DNA of 64,000 nucleotides. It comes from Candidatus Pacearchaeota archaeon (GTDB lineage: Archaea > Nanobdellota > Nanobdellia > Pacearchaeales > GW2011-AR1). The position numbers and the translations under genes were made by a program. The stretch spans positions 144 through 64,143 of the forward strand of contig JAGVWU010000001.1 in NCBI GenBank assembly GCA_018304145.1, read 5' to 3'. Below, one piece after another: positions 20,029 through 30,788 of the stretch (within the stretch, counting starts at the first letter, position 1; the number at the start of each line of letters is the position of its first letter). A model generated the notes under the pieces. The model was not told the origin of the DNA. It saw only the letters and a list, made by a program, of their open reading frames with translations, and did not search any database.

Positions 20029-21210
20029 TTACAACTCTATATTTAACACCTTATTTAATCCTGAAAATAATCTTGATTCAAAAACAGAGGAGTTTTCTCC
20101 CTCTTGTTTTTCTAAGCTCAAAGATTCAATCAATGGAAAAATTAATTTGTTTAAATTGGATGGGTTTTCTTTGTCATACTTTTTAACAAGAACATCTTCA
20201 ATTTTTTCCATTTCATAAGATTGAAGATTAACTTCAATTTCCTTTTTTCCTGCCTCAAGCTTGGAAGTGTTTTTTAAAAAGGAATATACCCCGTTTTTTT
20301 CAAGATAATCCTGAATTTCCTGGAATTTTATATCAGAGAGTTTTCCTTTTTTTAATTCTCCAAAAACTTTCAAAAGAACAATCCTATCTCTTAAATTCAG
20401 CCTTTTTAAGATTTCCAGGATTTGTTCTGTTCCTTTAAGAGCATCTTCCATCTCTACCTCTATCAGGTCCACTTCCTTTAATCTTATTTCTTTTCTTATA
20501 ATTTTAGTATAACCCTCTACATCTATTATGTAAAATGCCCCGTATTTTAGGTCTTCAAGCTCTTTAAAATTATTTGGAAAAGTCGGTCCTCCATACACAG
20601 CAGGTTTGTCATTGATTTCTTTTTCAAAATTAACATGAACATGTCCTAAGGCATAATAGTCTGCTTTTGGAAGTTCATTTAATGGAATTGAGTCAATTGG
20701 AATATTTTCAATTGCTTCTTTTATTGTTGTATGAAGCATTAGAATCCTAAAATAATTTGAATAAGGCTCTATTATCTCAATTTTCTTTAAAGAGCTCAAT
20801 TCCAATCCGGATTTTTTTCCAGGATAGCCGTAAATATAAAAAGATTTATGCATGATTGGTTTAAGAATAACTTTATCTTCATTTTCATCAAATTTGCAGA
20901 TTTCACAAAAACCTGATTTTTCCAAAACATCTAAGAAAGTTTTTCCTGAAACAGAATAATCATGGCTTCCTGCAATAATATAGGATTTTATCCCTGCTTC
21001 TTTTAATTTTCTGAATTCTGAGAAAGTATCCTTCAGGATTTCTATTGGGGGAAAGGGGCTGTCAAATAAATCTCCTGTGAAAAGAACAAATTCCACTTTT
21101 TCCTCAATACAGCATTCAATTGCTTTTTTAAAGGATTCTATGTTTAACAATTGCATTTCTGGCTGTCTCCAGCCTCCCAAATGGCTATCAGATATATGTG
21201 CAAATTTCAT
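20029..21210 (-). CDS. mre11: Mre11 nuclease
   Basis: DSHLG, GDLFD, GSHD, LGHVH; upstream of rad50. Confidence 0.9.
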   Translation of the reverse strand: MKFAHISDSHLGGWRQPEMQLLNIESFKKAIECCIEEKVEFVLFTGDLFDSPFPPIEILKDTFSEFRKLKEAGIKSYIIAGSHDYSVSGKTFLDVLEKSGFCEICKFDENEDKVILKPIMHKSFYIYGYPGKKSGLELSSLKKIEIIEPYSNYFRILMLHTTIKEAIENIPIDSIPLNELPKADYYALGHVHVNFEKEINDKPAVYGGPTFPNNFKELEDLKYGAFYIIDVEGYTKIIRKEIRLKEVDLIEVEMEDALKGTEQILEILKRLNLRDRIVLLKVFGELKKGKLSDIKFQEIQDYLEKNGVYSFLKNTSKLEAGKKEIEVNLQSYEMEKIEDVLVKKYDKENPSNLNKLIFPLIESLSLEKQEGENSSVFESRLFSGLNKVLNIEL

Positions 21211-21278
21211 GTTCTTTTTACCTGAAAAACGTTATTTCAAGGATATATAAGAATGATTATAATAAGGAATATAATGGT

Positions 21279-21821
21279 TTATAGAAAGAATTCGTAAACA
21301 AACAGTTTCTCAAAGAACAGGTTTGTTTGATTTAAGAGTTTTATTTTATAGCCAAATTTTTTGGCTTGTTTTCTTATTATATCTGGTTTTGATAATGATG
21401 AAATTAACAAAAGGATTTTTCCATTTTTTTCTAGATGAGACTTTGCTTGTTTTAAGGACATGACAATAATCTCATAACCTTTTTTTCCTGCTGTTGTATC
21501 TTTTTCCTTATCATATTTGTTTTCAGGAAGATAAGGGGGATTGAAAATAATTAAATTAAATTTTTGTTTTTTATTGATATTTGAGAATAAATCACTTTTT
21601 ATTGCATTAAATCCCTTGAATTTTAGAAATTTGACTGCCTCGGCTGTAATATCTGCTGTTAAAATATTATTAAAACCTGATTCTCTGCAGGTTTTGGCTT
21701 GTATTCCAGAGCCAGAACCCATATCTAATATTTTAATATTTTTATATTTTATTTTTGATAGATATTTATTTAATGTTTCTGACATTAAATAAGAGTCTTC
21801 TGCTGGCTGGTAGATTTGCAT
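21279..21821 (-). CDS. HemK2/PrmC-family glutamine methyltransferase
   Basis: IYQPAEDS, LDMGSGSG, FNPPY. Confidence 0.88.
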   Translation of the reverse strand: MQIYQPAEDSYLMSETLNKYLSKIKYKNIKILDMGSGSGIQAKTCRESGFNNILTADITAEAVKFLKFKGFNAIKSDLFSNINKKQKFNLIIFNPPYLPENKYDKEKDTTAGKKGYEIIVMSLKQAKSHLEKNGKILLLISSLSKPDIIRKQAKKFGYKIKLLNQTNLFFEKLFVYEFFL

Positions 21822-21976
21822 TCTATTATGAAATAAAGAAGATTTTAATAGTTAATGATGATAGATTATTAAATTAATTATTTGGTTATGGCTTCTGTTG
21901 TTTTTTAATGAAAATGTTTCTTTCTTATTATTAACTCTTTCTTACCCCTTCTTGTCCTACCATAAATTAATAAATA

Positions 21977-22627
21977 TTAAGAGAAAAAAGCAAGTATCTT
22001 ATTCCTTAAAAGGATAGTGGATATTAAAACTCCTATAAGAAATAATAAGATTATTAATAAAATAATTTCTTTTTTATAATTTGATTTTTCAGGAGCTTCT
22101 TGAGCAATCTGAGGTTGAGATTGAGTTTGCAAGAGTGGTTGATGGGTTGGCTGAGGATATCTTGGAATTTGCATAGGTGTTTGTTTAGGTTGTTGAGAAA
22201 TTAAAGGAGGCTTCATTTGAATTTTAGGTGCAGAATTTGAAGAAATTTCTGACTTTATTTCACTATTAGTCGGAGTTCTTTGGGGCAATTGCTGAACAGA
22301 AGGATATCTAGGATTTAAATAAGAAAATTGCTGAATCTGCTGCAATTGACTTTGAGCAGGCAATTTTGGAGGGATGGGCATTCCTGAAATCATTGGTTGT
22401 GCAACTGGTGGACCAGGATTATTTTTTATTAATATATTTTTTTCTTCAGGCATAATTAGAAGATTTTTGTTGTTTGGAGACATTGGAACAAAACCAACAA
22501 ATTTTGAAGCATCTTGAACTTCATTTACAGGATATCCTGAATTAATCAGCACTCTCATTGCAGTTTCTAAACTCTCCCCCCTGTCAACAGCATTTCTTAA
22601 AGAAGTAACAATGTCTTCGTTTACCAT
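21977..22627 (-). CDS. Pro/Gln-rich membrane-anchored protein
   Basis: Helical N-terminal domain, P/Q low-complexity linker, C-terminal TM helix. Confidence 0.7.
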   Translation of the reverse strand: MVNEDIVTSLRNAVDRGESLETAMRVLINSGYPVNEVQDASKFVGFVPMSPNNKNLLIMPEEKNILIKNNPGPPVAQPMISGMPIPPKLPAQSQLQQIQQFSYLNPRYPSVQQLPQRTPTNSEIKSEISSNSAPKIQMKPPLISQQPKQTPMQIPRYPQPTHQPLLQTQSQPQIAQEAPEKSNYKKEIILLIILLFLIGVLISTILLRNKILAFFS

Positions 22628-22822
22628 TTTTAGTTAGTATATAAATAATACATAAGTTTTTATCCAAGTGAATTTGCAGATGATAAATTCATCGGTTATT
22701 TTATTATTAATTTATTAGGTGTAGCAAGAGCTTGATTCCTAAGCATTTTTTCAGTTTCGTTGATTTTATCATTAATTTCTCTCTTAACTTATACATTATT
22801 AAATTTGTTTTATTTATATTAA

Positions 22823-24163
22823 TTATTTGAATTCTAATTTTTGCTTATCGTGAATCAGATGAACATTTTTTTTATCTTTATAACCAAGCTCTTCTGCAAG
22901 CTCAACCATAGGAGCTGTTTTGTCATGACTTCCGTGAGCAGGCATTATATGTTCAGGGTTAATCAAGTTTATAAAATCTCTCAAGTCTTCTCTTCCAGCA
23001 TGCCCAGAAACATGGAGATTTGTGAATAATCTTACACCTCTCTTTTTTAATTTAGAATCTAATTTTTCCCTGTTTTCAATATTTATTTTTGTTGGTATAA
23101 CTGATGAAGAAAATATTACATGATCTCTTTCTCTGAACTGGAATGGAAGCTTGTTTTTAATTAATCTGTCCAAAATACTTCCAGGCTCTCCCTGATGCCC
23201 TGTGCACACAACCAGATGTTCGGCTCTCTGACTATTAATATGCCTTAGTTTTTTTTCAACTTGTTTCCTGTAAGCAACCAGCTCTATTTCTTTTCTAAAA
23301 GGGCACAAGTCAATTCCTGAAGCAGCACCCACATATCTATTCAGACTTCTACCAACAAAAACAACTTTCCTGTTTAATTGTTTTCCAAAATCAGTTATGG
23401 ATTTTAATCTTGCTATGTGTGAAGAGAAAGTTGTTACAAATAATCCTACATTTTTATTATCTGTTGTTAAAAGAACATCTTCCAAAAGAGTCCTTGCAAC
23501 TTTTTCACTTGCTGTTTTTCTTTCATCTCCAGAATACAAAGAATCAACAATAAGAACTTTGACTCCTTCTTTTGCAATCTCCCTTAATTTTTCATAATTT
23601 GGTTTTTGCCCCAAAATAGGATTATTGTCAAATTTAAAATCATTGGCATAAAGAACAACACCTTCATCAGTATGAAGAGCAAGCATAGATGTCTGCAAAG
23701 TCGAATGCGTGATATTAATAAAATCAAGTTTGTATTTTTTATTTTTTCCCTGTATATAACAGAAAGAATTAGGCTGTATAGTTTTTAGTTTATTATCAAG
23801 ATGATGCATTTTTTCATCATGCAAAAGAGTTTTTAAAACTTCAATTGTAAAAGGAGTTCCTATAATAGGACAATTATATCTGTGAGCCAAAAATGGAATT
23901 GCTCCAATATGGTCCAAATGTGCATGGCTTGGAATAATAGCACGAACTTTATTTCTTAATCCCAATCCGTCCAGCATATCATCAGACGGCACTGCTCCTA
24001 TTGCCCTTAGTCTTTTTTCTGTATAAACATTTTCAGACTCTTCTAATTCAACAATCGGGGGGAGGAACAAACCACAGTCAAAAAGAAAAACATCATCCTT
24101 TAATTCAACTGCAGTCATGTTTTTTCCAACTTCGCTAAAACCACCAATTCCGTAAATTTTCAT
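22823..24163 (-). CDS. rnj: ribonuclease J (archaeal)
   Basis: GGFSEVGKNM, HAHLDH, TGHQGEP, HVSGH, PAHG. Confidence 0.92.
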   Translation of the reverse strand: MKIYGIGGFSEVGKNMTAVELKDDVFLFDCGLFLPPIVELEESENVYTEKRLRAIGAVPSDDMLDGLGLRNKVRAIIPSHAHLDHIGAIPFLAHRYNCPIIGTPFTIEVLKTLLHDEKMHHLDNKLKTIQPNSFCYIQGKNKKYKLDFINITHSTLQTSMLALHTDEGVVLYANDFKFDNNPILGQKPNYEKLREIAKEGVKVLIVDSLYSGDERKTASEKVARTLLEDVLLTTDNKNVGLFVTTFSSHIARLKSITDFGKQLNRKVVFVGRSLNRYVGAASGIDLCPFRKEIELVAYRKQVEKKLRHINSQRAEHLVVCTGHQGEPGSILDRLIKNKLPFQFRERDHVIFSSSVIPTKINIENREKLDSKLKKRGVRLFTNLHVSGHAGREDLRDFINLINPEHIMPAHGSHDKTAPMVELAEELGYKDKKNVHLIHDKQKLEFK

Positions 24164-24306
24164 CTTAATTTTTTATTGATTTAATAATATTATGCAGGTT
24201 ATGAAGAGTGAAGTAAGTTAAATTTTATACTACTATAACCGTATAATATTATTTTTGATATTGCAATCCTCTTTTTATGGATATATTAATTACAGAAAGA
24301 ATGAAT

Positions 24307-25221
24307 TTAAATAGGTTTTGGATTGAAATCTTTTTTAAATTGTATTTTCCAAAATTTGTTTTTTGTGTCTATAATACAAGTTTCTCCAAGTGGAATTGTC
24401 AGATTAGGTTCTGAATGGCCAATTGGTTGATTCATAATAACCGGGCATTTAAAGTCTTGAAAAAAGTCTTTTAGGTAATTATTTATATTCTTGCCACAAT
24501 CTACAAAATTACCAAGAATAATCCCCTTAACATTATTAAACTTTCCTGCTAATTTAAGATGCCATAAAATATCCAATACCCAACCTTCTTTCATTTTTAC
24601 ATCTTCTATAAATAATATTTTATTATTTGTGTTAATTTCGTAATTTGTTCCTAATGACCTTTCGAGCAAGGTTAAATTTCCTCCAGCAATGTCTGCTCTT
24701 GCAAAGCCTTGTTTTAAAATATCTTGATTGTTTATAGCTATTTGATAATTCTTTTTATTAATAGCATCAAATAAACAAAGAATGGTTTTTTCATGATATT
24801 TTTTTATAGGTTTCCATAGATTTGGCCCATGCAAACATCTTTTTCCGGTTTTTTGATAGATAGTATTTAATAGAATAGTAATGTCACTATAACCTATTAA
24901 GGTTTTATTTGATTTTTTTATTAAATCATAATCTAAAAAAAGAAGTGTATGAACTGCACCCATTCCACCGATTATACTAAAAATAAACTTAGAATTTTTA
25001 TCATTGTATGCTAAATTAATTTCTTTAGCTCTTCGTTTATAATCTCCGGCATAATAATGATATTTATCAATAATGTCGGGAAGATAATTGACTTCAAAAT
25101 TCCAGTTTTTTAATATTTTTATTGCATTATTTAAAAGTTTTTTTCCACTATAACCTGAAGGAGAAATTAGAAAAGCATATCTTTTTTGATTAGAGATTTT
25201 ATTTTTATTTGAAACTGCCAT
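24307..25221 (-). CDS. S66-family LD-carboxypeptidase (LdcA/MccF-like)
   Basis: GYSDIT, GGNL, FIED and PIGH triad motifs; ATG at 25221. Confidence 0.88.
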   Translation of the reverse strand: MAVSNKNKISNQKRYAFLISPSGYSGKKLLNNAIKILKNWNFEVNYLPDIIDKYHYYAGDYKRRAKEINLAYNDKNSKFIFSIIGGMGAVHTLLFLDYDLIKKSNKTLIGYSDITILLNTIYQKTGKRCLHGPNLWKPIKKYHEKTILCLFDAINKKNYQIAINNQDILKQGFARADIAGGNLTLLERSLGTNYEINTNNKILFIEDVKMKEGWVLDILWHLKLAGKFNNVKGIILGNFVDCGKNINNYLKDFFQDFKCPVIMNQPIGHSEPNLTIPLGETCIIDTKNKFWKIQFKKDFNPKPI

Positions 25222-25222
25222 T

Positions 25223-26140
25223 TTATGAACTGAATTTTCTTTCAACAGCTTGAACAATTGGGTCTGATAGATTATATGAATCAGTTTCATTTGCAGTTGT
25301 TGGCGGAGCAACACCTGTTCCAGAGCCATTTATTTCCAAAACATATTGTCCTCTGAAATCAACAGCCCCATAAAACATTCCTGTTTTTTCAATTACTTTT
25401 CTAGCAATTTCAATTTCTCTTGGTATGCCTTCCATTAAGTCAACGTTAGTGCATCTTTCTCTTCCAGGTTCCCCTTGTTTGAACATCCTTCTCCTTATTA
25501 TGCATTGACCATCTAAAAAAATATATCTTCTTTCTTCATTTGCTGGAATGTATTGTTCAAAAAGATATTCATCGATATCTTCAATTTTTTGCAAATCCTC
25601 AATTCTCTCTAAAAATTCAACACCCATGCTACATGCACCTATTCTTGGTTTTGCAATTATTCTTTCACCAGAAGCAACTAAATCTGAGAGTTCCTTTGGA
25701 GTTTTAATATCAAATCCATGTATCCATGGAAGTTCCAAAGTTTTTTGTTTTGGTTTATATTCATATGAAGTGCTTTCTGCTCTATTAAGAACAAGAGAAA
25801 ATTGTTTTTCCATTTGAAAAAGAAGGTCTATGAATCTTTTTGAAGCACTTGCTCCTTGTTCTTCATCTAAGCTGTACACAAAAAAAACATCACCTGATAA
25901 AGTTGCATCAGTTCTTTTTTTATAAAAACTACCATTACTAAATCCATAAGCACTTCTTGCATATAATCTGCCTAATTTATCATAGCAAATGTTTCTTGGA
26001 TGAACCACCTCTAAATCATGACCTCTTTTAACAAAAGCGTCAGCTAAAAATCTAGAACCCATATAACCCATTCCCTGCCCTTTTGCATTTGGGTCAAATT
26101 GGGTTTTAGCTTCTTCACTTAAACTGAGAGTAATCTTCAT
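25223..26140 (-). CDS. ATP-grasp ligase (glutathione synthetase/RimK-like)
   Basis: IAKPRIG..SMGV, EQYI, GAVDF...LEIN. Confidence 0.8.
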   Translation of the reverse strand: MKITLSLSEEAKTQFDPNAKGQGMGYMGSRFLADAFVKRGHDLEVVHPRNICYDKLGRLYARSAYGFSNGSFYKKRTDATLSGDVFFVYSLDEEQGASASKRFIDLLFQMEKQFSLVLNRAESTSYEYKPKQKTLELPWIHGFDIKTPKELSDLVASGERIIAKPRIGACSMGVEFLERIEDLQKIEDIDEYLFEQYIPANEERRYIFLDGQCIIRRRMFKQGEPGRERCTNVDLMEGIPREIEIARKVIEKTGMFYGAVDFRGQYVLEINGSGTGVAPPTTANETDSYNLSDPIVQAVERKFSS

Positions 26141-26160
26141 TTTGTTAAATTTTAATTAAT

Positions 26161-27120
26161 TTAATACCAGAATATATTTTTTATAACCTTGTTAAATAAA
26201 ACCATGCCAGATTCTGCAAAATTCACCTCAGATTTAGATTTATTTAATATAGCAGAAATTATCATTTGCATCCTTTCAATATCATCTAAGCTGTCTACGA
26301 AATAACCTGCAGTAGGATTAACCTCTATAACATAAGGTCCTTTTTTAGTCATTATCACATCTGACTCGCTAAAAGACGCTCCAATAGCCTTGTTTGCTTG
26401 AATAGCAATTTCTCTTTCTGACTTATTTGCAGTATAATTCATTTCAATAGAACCGCCAGATGTTGATGCCATCCATTTATCCTTGGAATTTCTTGAAATA
26501 AAACTTCTTGCGTAAGAATATAGAAAATTACCCTCTACAACAGCCACCCTGCAATCATGTTCTCTGTTGGATTGAATAAATTTTTGTATTATAAAACCAG
26601 ATTTATAGCTTTGTTTTTTTGCTAAATCAAACATCTTATCCAAAGTATCTATTAATTCTTTTAATGAATAAACTTTGGTTACTTCATAACTTTTTCCACC
26701 GCAATTCCTCTTAACTACCAATGGAAATCCAAATTCTTTTATTGCTTTTTCTGAATTCTTTTTAATATCTCTTCTTGAACAAACAAAAATAGTTGGAGGG
26801 GTATTTATCCCATTTAATTTTAATTTCTTATATAATTTATATTTATTATAGTCTGCTAAAGATGCAGTGTAAGAATTAACACATCTTATCCCTTTTTTTT
26901 CAAGACTTTTTATTAATTTTAAAGTTTTGGATAGGGATTTAAAATCTCTTGAAGCAACACTGCTGTAAACCCTATTAAAAACTAAGTCAAAAGACAACAA
27001 GTCTTTTTCTGAAACATCTCTTATGTCAAAAAAACTGACAAAAGCTCCTTGTTCTTCAAATAATTCCTTGAATTTTGGTTCAGGAGCTTCTAGATCGTGA
27101 TGCAGTATTGCTATTTTCAT
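26161..27120 (-). CDS. RimK-like ATP-grasp ligase
   Basis: GFPLVVKRNCGG, IIQKFI, DCRV, VIEVN. Confidence 0.85.
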   Translation of the reverse strand: MKIAILHHDLEAPEPKFKELFEEQGAFVSFFDIRDVSEKDLLSFDLVFNRVYSSVASRDFKSLSKTLKLIKSLEKKGIRCVNSYTASLADYNKYKLYKKLKLNGINTPPTIFVCSRRDIKKNSEKAIKEFGFPLVVKRNCGGKSYEVTKVYSLKELIDTLDKMFDLAKKQSYKSGFIIQKFIQSNREHDCRVAVVEGNFLYSYARSFISRNSKDKWMASTSGGSIEMNYTANKSEREIAIQANKAIGASFSESDVIMTKKGPYVIEVNPTAGYFVDSLDDIERMQMIISAILNKSKSEVNFAESGMVLFNKVIKNIFWY

Positions 27121-27395
27121 TTATTCATAAATACATTCCCCTCCTTTATCTGAAAATCATAAGGATTTTCAGTCTCTTTTAAAGGTTTAATTTTGGAAAA
27201 AACAAGTATCTATATTTAAATCTTTCGCAACTATTTTATAGTTATGATAACTTATATTTTAATCAGATTTTATTTTTAGATAATTCTTGATTTTATTTTT
27301 ATAGAACATTAACCCTTTAAAAATGTTTTTATAGCGGATTTTCGTAATTAAGCTATGAAAAAAGCTCTCTGTCAAAAAGAGACTTTGGAGAGAAA

Positions 27396-27719
27396 ATGAA
27401 AAAAAGAGATGATAAAATTAGAATAAGCCATAACAAAAAATTATTGGTGGTTATAATAATACTTATTTTTTTACTTGCTTTATTAATTTATTTTATTTTG
27501 AAAAACAGTAATCAAAATAATATTCCTGTTGAAAAAGAATGTGTTAATGATGAAGATTGTTTTGCTTCAGCATGCTGTCATGCTGAATTCTGTGTTGCAA
27601 AAGATAAAGCACCGATATGCGATAAAATATTCTGTTCGCAGGTTTGTTCAGGGCCTTTAGATTGTAATAAAGGACATTGCGGATGTGTTAATGGCAGATG
27701 TTCAGTGATTAAAAATTAA
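27396..27719 (+). CDS. membrane-anchored Cys-rich surface protein
   Basis: N-terminal TM helix followed by ECxxDxDCxxxxCC...CGCVNGRC cluster. Confidence 0.75.
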   Translation: MKKRDDKIRISHNKKLLVVIIILIFLLALLIYFILKNSNQNNIPVEKECVNDEDCFASACCHAEFCVAKDKAPICDKIFCSQVCSGPLDCNKGHCGCVNGRCSVIKN

Positions 27720-27861
27720 ATTTTATTAATAGATAATATTAAGAATAAATTAAAAGTAGATAATAAATAAACATTGGTAATGCAAATGAAAGACAAATCC
27801 ATTGCATATATACAAAATTTTAAGATATTAGAATTAATAATATAAGCTAGATAAAAAAGAG

Positions 27862-30621
27862 ATGATAAATAAAAAAATATTAATTTTATTTGTATTTTTA
27901 TTAATCATATTTGAAATATTCCTAATAAGCTCTTCTGAAAATGAGGATAAAATAGACTCTCATGTGTATGAGAGTTTAAAAGAAGATTATGAAGCGAAAG
28001 TAATTATTGAAATAAAGAATATTTCTTCTGAAATAGAAAAAAGAGATATTAAAAAAGATATTGAAGAAAAAATTGATGATAAAATAAAACATGATTTTGG
28101 AGACGAGATTGCTGTAGAAGTTTCAAAAGAAGAATTAATTGAATTAAAAAACAATCCTAATGTTGAGTCCATAAAATTGGACAAGCCCATAAGGGCTTTT
28201 TTAACAGATTCTGTTCCTTTGATAAATGCAAGCGCTGTCTGGCCGATAAAAATCAATAATTTTAATATAACTGGAATTGATGAAACTATCTGTATAATAG
28301 ACACTGGAATTAATTTTGCTCATTCTGATTTAATTGGGAAAAACAAGACCTGCATAATTGATTGTGTTGGAAAAGCATGTGTTGAAAACTGTTTAATTGC
28401 AGATGATAATGGACATGGAACTCATGTAGCAGGCATTGTTGCTGCAAATGGTGTTGCAAAAGGTGTTGCTGTTGGAGCTAATTTAATAGGGGTAAAGGCC
28501 TTGAATTCAGCTGGAGAAGGAAGCTCCAGTGATATTGATGCTGGAATTGATTGGTGCATTGCAAACGCAAATGCTTATAATATTTCTGTTATAAGCATGA
28601 GTTTAGGAACTGATTGTGATTTAACCCCCCAATATTGCTATAATGTTTATTGTGATTATGACTGGACAAGCACTGGAATAAAAATAGATAATGCAACTTC
28701 AAAAAATATTTCAGTTATAATAGCAACTGGGAATGATGGAAAAACAATAAATATTTCTGCCCCGGCCTGTATTAAAAACGCGACTGCTGTTGCTGCTACA
28801 AATAAAGATGATACAATTGCAAGTTATTCCAATAGAAACAGTCTTGTTGATTTTATTGCTCCTGGAACAAGCATAAGTTCAACAAGCAGTTCAGAAGGAT
28901 ATATCACTTATAGCGGAACATCCATGGCAGTCCCTCATGTTGCAGGAGCTTTTGCATTAATAAGAGAATTTTTCAGATTGCAGTATAACAGAAAACCAAC
29001 TTCTTTTGAAATATTAAAATTATTAAATTCAACTGGAAAATGGATAAATGATACTAGTGGAAACGGATTGAATTATTCAAGAGTTAATGTTTATTCTGCT
29101 TTAATTTCCAATGACAGCTCTGCTCCTTCTGTTAACTTAATTACTCCAACGAATGGAACCACCCAATTCAATACAAGTGTAAATTTAAGATGCAATGCTA
29201 ATGATGTCCTTTTATCAAATCTAAGTTTGTATGTATGGAATTCAACTAATAATGTTGTGAATATAACGAATCATACAACTATTGGCATAAACGCAGACGA
29301 GCAATTTATTTTGAATCTAAGTTATGGAGATTATAAATGGAATTGTCTTGCTTATGACAGCAAATCAAAATCAAGTTTTGCTGTATCAAATTTAAGCTTA
29401 ACAATTAGTGGATTAAGAGTTAATTTGATTTTTCCTTCAAATAATATTTATACAAATCAGAACAGAACCTTTAATTGCTCTGCAGAAACAGAATCTTCAA
29501 AAGCATTATCAAATATCACTTTTAATGTTTGGAATTCTTCTATGAATTTGATTTTTAATTCCACCAAGAATATTTCAGGAATTTCTAACTCTACTCTTTT
29601 TTATTATAATTTTACAAATGAAACAAGTTATTACTGGAACTGCAGGATATCTGATAATAATTCTGATTCGGTTTTTGGTGAATCCAATTTTACAATAGTT
29701 TATGACATAACAAAGCCGGATATTGGCATAATCAGCCCTGCTGACTCTTCATCATATAGTTCAAACTCCCAGTCAATAGATTTTAATTATAATGTTTCTG
29801 ATAATTACAATATTGCAAACTGCAGCTTGATTGTTAATAATGTTGCTAGTCTGACAAATTCATCTATAAACAATTTATCTTTAACACAAATTTTTACTCA
29901 GAGTTTTTCTCCTGGAAATTATAATTGGTCAATAAATTGCACTGATTTCTCTGGAAATTCAGAGAATTCCACTAATAGAAGTTTTTCAATCATCACTCCT
30001 CCAGCTCAGGTTGTTACAGCTTCTGGCGGTGGAGGCGGAGGAGGAAGCCCCTCAACCTTATATAAAACATACAATCCAAATATATCAGAAACTTCGGTTG
30101 GCTATACAAAAGAATTAAGCAAAAATGATAAAATACAATTTTCGTTCTTTGATTCAAACTCTATAAAACACACTTTGACTATAAATGAAATCAAGGCAGA
30201 TTCTGTGAATATAACAATTAAAAGCAATCCTCTTAATTTTTTGCTTGGAATAGGGCAGAGTATTAAATTGAATTTAAGTTCTGCTGATTATTATGATTTG
30301 TATATCAAATTAGACCTTATTGAAAATAATAAAGCCAAAATTACAATACAGACAATTCAGGAACAGATTCCTAAAATAAAGCAGCAGCCTGAAATCAGCG
30401 GAAATAATATAAAAGAAACTGAGAAACAATCTGAAGAGAATATAGATTATTTGAATAAGCAGATAAAAATTATCAAAATTTTCTTTTTTTCTGTTGTGAT
30501 AATATTTATAATAGTTATTGCATTGATATTATTGATTAAAAGAAAGCAAAATAAAAATAAAAAGAGCAAGATTAAAGAATATAAGGATGTATTTAATAAT
30601 CATCTTAAACCTAGAAAATGA
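27862..30621 (+). CDS. S8 subtilisin-like protease with Ig-like repeats and C-terminal anchor
   Basis: IIDTG, HGTHVAG and GTSMA triad; Asn-rich repeats; Gly linker; TM helix. Confidence 0.92.
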   Translation: MINKKILILFVFLLIIFEIFLISSSENEDKIDSHVYESLKEDYEAKVIIEIKNISSEIEKRDIKKDIEEKIDDKIKHDFGDEIAVEVSKEELIELKNNPNVESIKLDKPIRAFLTDSVPLINASAVWPIKINNFNITGIDETICIIDTGINFAHSDLIGKNKTCIIDCVGKACVENCLIADDNGHGTHVAGIVAANGVAKGVAVGANLIGVKALNSAGEGSSSDIDAGIDWCIANANAYNISVISMSLGTDCDLTPQYCYNVYCDYDWTSTGIKIDNATSKNISVIIATGNDGKTINISAPACIKNATAVAATNKDDTIASYSNRNSLVDFIAPGTSISSTSSSEGYITYSGTSMAVPHVAGAFALIREFFRLQYNRKPTSFEILKLLNSTGKWINDTSGNGLNYSRVNVYSALISNDSSAPSVNLITPTNGTTQFNTSVNLRCNANDVLLSNLSLYVWNSTNNVVNITNHTTIGINADEQFILNLSYGDYKWNCLAYDSKSKSSFAVSNLSLTISGLRVNLIFPSNNIYTNQNRTFNCSAETESSKALSNITFNVWNSSMNLIFNSTKNISGISNSTLFYYNFTNETSYYWNCRISDNNSDSVFGESNFTIVYDITKPDIGIISPADSSSYSSNSQSIDFNYNVSDNYNIANCSLIVNNVASLTNSSINNLSLTQIFTQSFSPGNYNWSINCTDFSGNSENSTNRSFSIITPPAQVVTASGGGGGGGSPSTLYKTYNPNISETSVGYTKELSKNDKIQFSFFDSNSIKHTLTINEIKADSVNITIKSNPLNFLLGIGQSIKLNLSSADYYDLYIKLDLIENNKAKITIQTIQEQIPKIKQQPEISGNNIKETEKQSEENIDYLNKQIKIIKIFFFSVVIIFIIVIALILLIKRKQNKNKKSKIKEYKDVFNNHLKPRK

Positions 30622-30788
30622 AAGATTGTTCGCTTTACGACTCAACTAATGATGCTCGATTGTTTCCTCTTGCTCAACAATCTCGCTGATTTTTATTATT
30701 AATGATTTTTTTAACTCGACATCTAAGATGAAGAGCAAATTAAAGATAAGTAATTTATATAAACATCAATTAACTCTTTTTAATAAAG

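Noticed and set aside
27396-27719. Cys-rich ORF as a RiPP precursor for the ATP-grasp pair
   Set aside because: Divergently transcribed, TM-anchored disulfide-type surface domain; lacks graspetide core motifs
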